Assembly: GCF_044704955.1 (NCBI RefSeq)
Contig: NC_091997.1
Location: 34,658,001 to 34,722,000, forward strand
Source of the DNA: Pristiophorus japonicus
Lineage: Eukaryota
Reading direction: 5' to 3'
Length of the DNA stretch: 64,000 nt
This document shows positions 60,276 through 64,000 of the stretch, in pieces; within the stretch, counting starts at the first letter, position 1; each line of letters opens with the position of its first letter. The notes below the pieces were generated by a model, which was not told where the DNA came from, made no database searches, and saw only the letters and a program-made list of their open reading frames with translations. A program made the position numbers and the translations under genes.

Positions 60276-62988
60276 ATTAGCTCTGTTAATAAGGGATGAT
60301 ATCAGGGCAGTTGTGAGGGATGATATTGGCTCCAATGAACAAAATGTTGAATCATTGTGGGTGGAGATTAGAGATAGTAAGGGGAAAAAGTCACTGGTCG
60401 GCGTAGTTTATAGGCCCCCAGATAATAACTTCATGGTGGGGCGGGCAATAATCAAGGGAATAATGGAGGCATGTGAAAAAGGAACGGCAGTAGTTATGGG
60501 GGATTTTAACCTACATATCGATTGGTCAAATCAAATCGCAGGGGGTAGCCTGGAGGAGGAATTCATAGAATGCATACGGGATTGTTTCTTAGAACAGTAT
60601 GTAACAGAGCCTACAAGAGAGCAAGCCATTTTGGATCTGGTCCTGTGTAACGAGACAGGAAAAATAAACGATCTCCTCGTAAAAGATCCTCTCGGAATGA
60701 GTGATCACAATATGGTTGAATTTGTAATACAGATTGAGGATAAGGAAGTTGTGTCAGAAATGAGAGTACTATGCTTAAACAAAGGGGACTACAGTGGGAT
60801 GAGGGCAGAGTTGGCTAAAGTAGACTGGAAACAAGGACTAAACGGTGGCACAATTGAGGAACAGTGGAGGACTTTTAAGGAGCTCTTTCATAATGCGCAA
60901 CAAAAATATATTCCAGTGAAAAAGAAGGGCGGCAAGAGAAGAGATAACCAGCCGTGGATAACCAAGGAAATAAAGGAAAGTATCAAATCAAAGACCAATG
61001 CGTATAAGGTGGCCAAGGTTAGTGGGAAACTAGAGGATTGGGAAGATTTTAAGCAACAGCAAAGAATGACTAAAAAAGCAATAAAGGGAAGATAGATTAC
61101 GAAGGTAAACTTGCGCAAAACATAAAAACAGATAGTAAAAGCTTTTACAGATATATAAAACGGAAAAGAGTGACTAATGTAAATGTTGGTCCCTTAGAAG
61201 ATGAAAAGGGGGATTTAATAATGGGAAATGTGGAAATGGCTGAGACCTTAAACAATTATTTTGCTTCCGTCTTCACAGTGGAAGACACAAAAACCATGCC
61301 AAAAATTGCTGGTCACAGGAATGTGGGAAGGAAGGACCTTGAGACAATCACTATCACTAGTGGGGTAGTGCTGGACAGACTAATGGGATTGAAGGTAGAC
61401 AAGTCCCCTGGTCCTGATGAAATGCATTCCAGGGTATTAAAAGAGATGGCGGATGTTATAGCAGATGCATTTGTTATAATCTACCAAAATTCTCTGGACT
61501 CTGGGGAGGTACCAGCGGATTGGAGAGCAGCTAATGTAACGCCTCTGTTTAAAAAAGGGGGCAGGCAAAAGGCAGGTAACTATAGGCCGGTTAGTTTAAC
61601 ATCTGTAGTGGGGAAAATGCTTGAAACTATCATTAAGGAAGAAATAGCGGGACATCTGGATAGGAATAGTGCAATCAAGCAGACGCAGCATGGATTCATG
61701 AAAGGGAAATCATGTTTAACTAACTTACTGGAATTCTTTGAGGATATAACGAGCATGGTGGATAGAGGTGTACCGATGGATGTGGTGTATTTAGATTTCC
61801 AAAAGGCATTCGATAAGGTGCCACACAAAAGGTTACTGCAGAAGATAAAGGTACGCGGAGTCAGAGGAAATGTATTAGCATGGATAGAGAATTGGCTGGC
61901 GAACAGAAAGCAGAGTCAGGATAAATGAGTCCTTTTCCGGTTGGAAATCAGTGGTTAGTGGTGTGCCACAGGGATCAGTGCTGGGACCACAACTGTTTAC
62001 AATATACATAGATGACCTAGAGGAGGGGACAGAGTGTAATGCAACAAAATTTGCAGATGACACTAAGATTAGTGGGAAAGCGGGTTGTGTAGAGGACTCA
62101 GACAGGCTACAAGGAGATTTGGATAGGTTAAACGAATGGGCTAAGGTTTGGCAGATGGAATACAATGTCGGAAAGTGTGAGGTCATCCACCTTGGGAAAA
62201 AAAACAGTAAAAGGGAATATTATTTGAATGGGGAGAAATTACAACATGCTGTGGTGCAGAGGGACCTGGGGGTCCTTGTGCATGAATCCCAAAAGGTTAG
62301 TTTGCAGGTGAAGCAGGTAATCAAGAAGGCAAATGGAATGTTGGCCTTCACTGCGAAAGGGATGGAGTACAAAAGCAGGGAGGTCTTGCTGCAACTGTAT
62401 AAGGTATTGGTGAGGCCGCACCTGGAGTACTGCGTGCAGTTTTGGTCACCTTACTTAAGGAAGGATATACTAGCTTTGGAAGGGGTACAGAGACGATTCA
62501 CTAGGCTGATTCGAGAAATGAGGGGGTTAACTTATGATGATAGATTAAGTAGACTGGGTCTTTACTCCTTGGAGTTCAGAAGGATGAGGGGTGATCTTAT
62601 AGAAACATTTAAAATCATGAAAGGGATAGACAAGATAGAGGCAGAGAGGTTGTTTCCATTGGTGGGGGAGACTAGAACTAGGGGGCACAGCCTCAAAATA
62701 CGGAGGAGCCAATTTAAAACCGAATTGAGAAAGAATTTCTTCTCCCAGAGGGTTGTGAATCTGTGGAATTCTCTGCCCAAGGAAGCAGTTGAGGCTAGCT
62801 CATTGAATGTTTTCAAGTCAAAGATAGATAGATTTTTAAGCAATAAGGGAATTAAGGGTTACGGGGAGAGGGCGGGTAAGTGGAGCTGAGTCCACGACCA
62901 GATCAGCCATGATCTTATTGAATGGCGGAGCAGGCTCGAGGGGCTAGATGGCCTACTCCTGTTCCTAATTCTTATGTTCTTATGTTCT
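60276..62988 (+). mobile_element. CR1 LINE, second subfamily, 5'-truncated ORF2 with two frameshifts
   Basis: ORFs 60196-61095, 61170-61928 and 61951-62889 carry EN and RT motifs; (TTCTTATG)n tail. Confidence 0.93.
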
Positions 62989-63395
62989 TATACTCCTTGG
63001 AGTTTAGAAGAATGAGAGGAGATCTTATTGAAACATATAAGATTCTGAAGGGGTTTGGCAGGGTAGATGCAAAGAGGATGTTTCCTCTCGTGGGGGAATC
63101 TAGAACTAGGGGGCATAGTTTCAGAATAAGGGATCACCCATTTAAATGGAGATGAGGAGGAATTTCTTCTCAGAGGGTCGTAAATCTGTGGAATTCTCTG
63201 CCCCAGAGAGCTGGGTCATTGAATATATTTAAGGTGGAGATAGACAGATTTTTGAACGATAGAGGAGTCAAGGGTTATGGGGAGCGGGCAGGAAAGTGGA
63301 GTTGAGGCCAAGATCAGATCGACCATGACCTTATTGAATGGCGGAGCAGGCTTGAGGAGCCAAGTGACCTACTCCTGCTCCTATTCCTTACGTTA
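62989..63395 (+). mobile_element. Additional CR1 3' fragment
   Basis: YSLEFRRMRGDLIETYKIL...TRGHSFRI. Confidence 0.8.
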
Positions 63396-63842
63396 TTATT
63401 TCAAATGTTATTCCATTTACTTTATAACGGTTGGTCCTCTGTAGCTGAGCGTATTTGCACCCAGTAAGCATATTAAAAAATGCTTTTACTCACTGGACTG
63501 GGCAACTGGACATTTCCTCAGTGCCCCACCAATGGTTCACTACCACCCCTCAGAGGTACATTCTCTGATTCTCCCCAGCGTTTTGTGAATTCTGAGCTGG
63601 TCAATTCTTTCTAATCTCAAATAAACACAGAAAATGCTAGAAACATTGAGAAAAATTAAACAGCATTTGTAATCCAGGAGGGTTGCCAATACTGCCACTC
63701 ATACATGCTCTGGGAATTGTAGGCTGGGAATTTAAAAGCAATTTTACCCTCCACTTTAGTGAAAAGTAACAGGGAGGTGGAGGGAAAGTTCAGCACTGGT
63801 TTTCAACCACTTCCTTTCCAAAACCTGATAATTCCTGCACCG

Positions 63843-64000
63843 ATAGACCCCCAGCCCATAGCCTCCAAGCCCTAGACCCCAAACCCATAGAACCCCCCCC
63901 AAACCCATAGACCCCCAAACCCATAGCCCTCCCCCAAACCCATAGCCCCACTAACTCATAGACTCCCAAACCCACAGACCCCCCCACCTAAGCCCATAAC
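63843..64000. repeat. C-rich minisatellite (cccccaaacccataga)n, runs off the window edge
   Basis: About 16-18-bp unit repeated about 9 times. Confidence 0.88.

Overview
Repeat-dense vertebrate genomic DNA, most consistent with a cartilaginous fish (SacSINE1-like DeuSINEs plus abundant CR1, L2 and RTE LINEs; organism is inferred). It holds the last three coding exons and 3' UTR of Sp2 on the + strand (10600-28833). A 7.56-kb two-LTR endogenous retrovirus lies antisense and upstream (2179-9734). It has a tRNA-Ser primer site, a 5-bp TSD, a gamma-type env and an A-AAA-AAC -1 frameshift site between gag and pro. Two long CR1 copies sit in opposite orientation in one Sp2 intron, and one of them is a single nonsense change from intact. 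The standout is a 1746-bp pogo/Tigger-like TIR element with no transposase (15045-16790), inserted into a SINE inside that Sp2 intron. It carries genomic first-exon fragments of two unrelated host regulators, CIR1 (-) and FoxF1 (+), joined head-to-head at a perfect 18-bp hairpin. This looks like a vertebrate 'Pack-TIR' gene-capture element, and an empty MITE of the same family lies 4.6 kb upstream. There is also a candidate unannotated minus-strand gene (exons 51349-51420 and 38155-38489) encoding a 132-aa acidic repeat protein. Family names come from remembered motifs, not database searches, and boundaries of degraded repeats are approximate.
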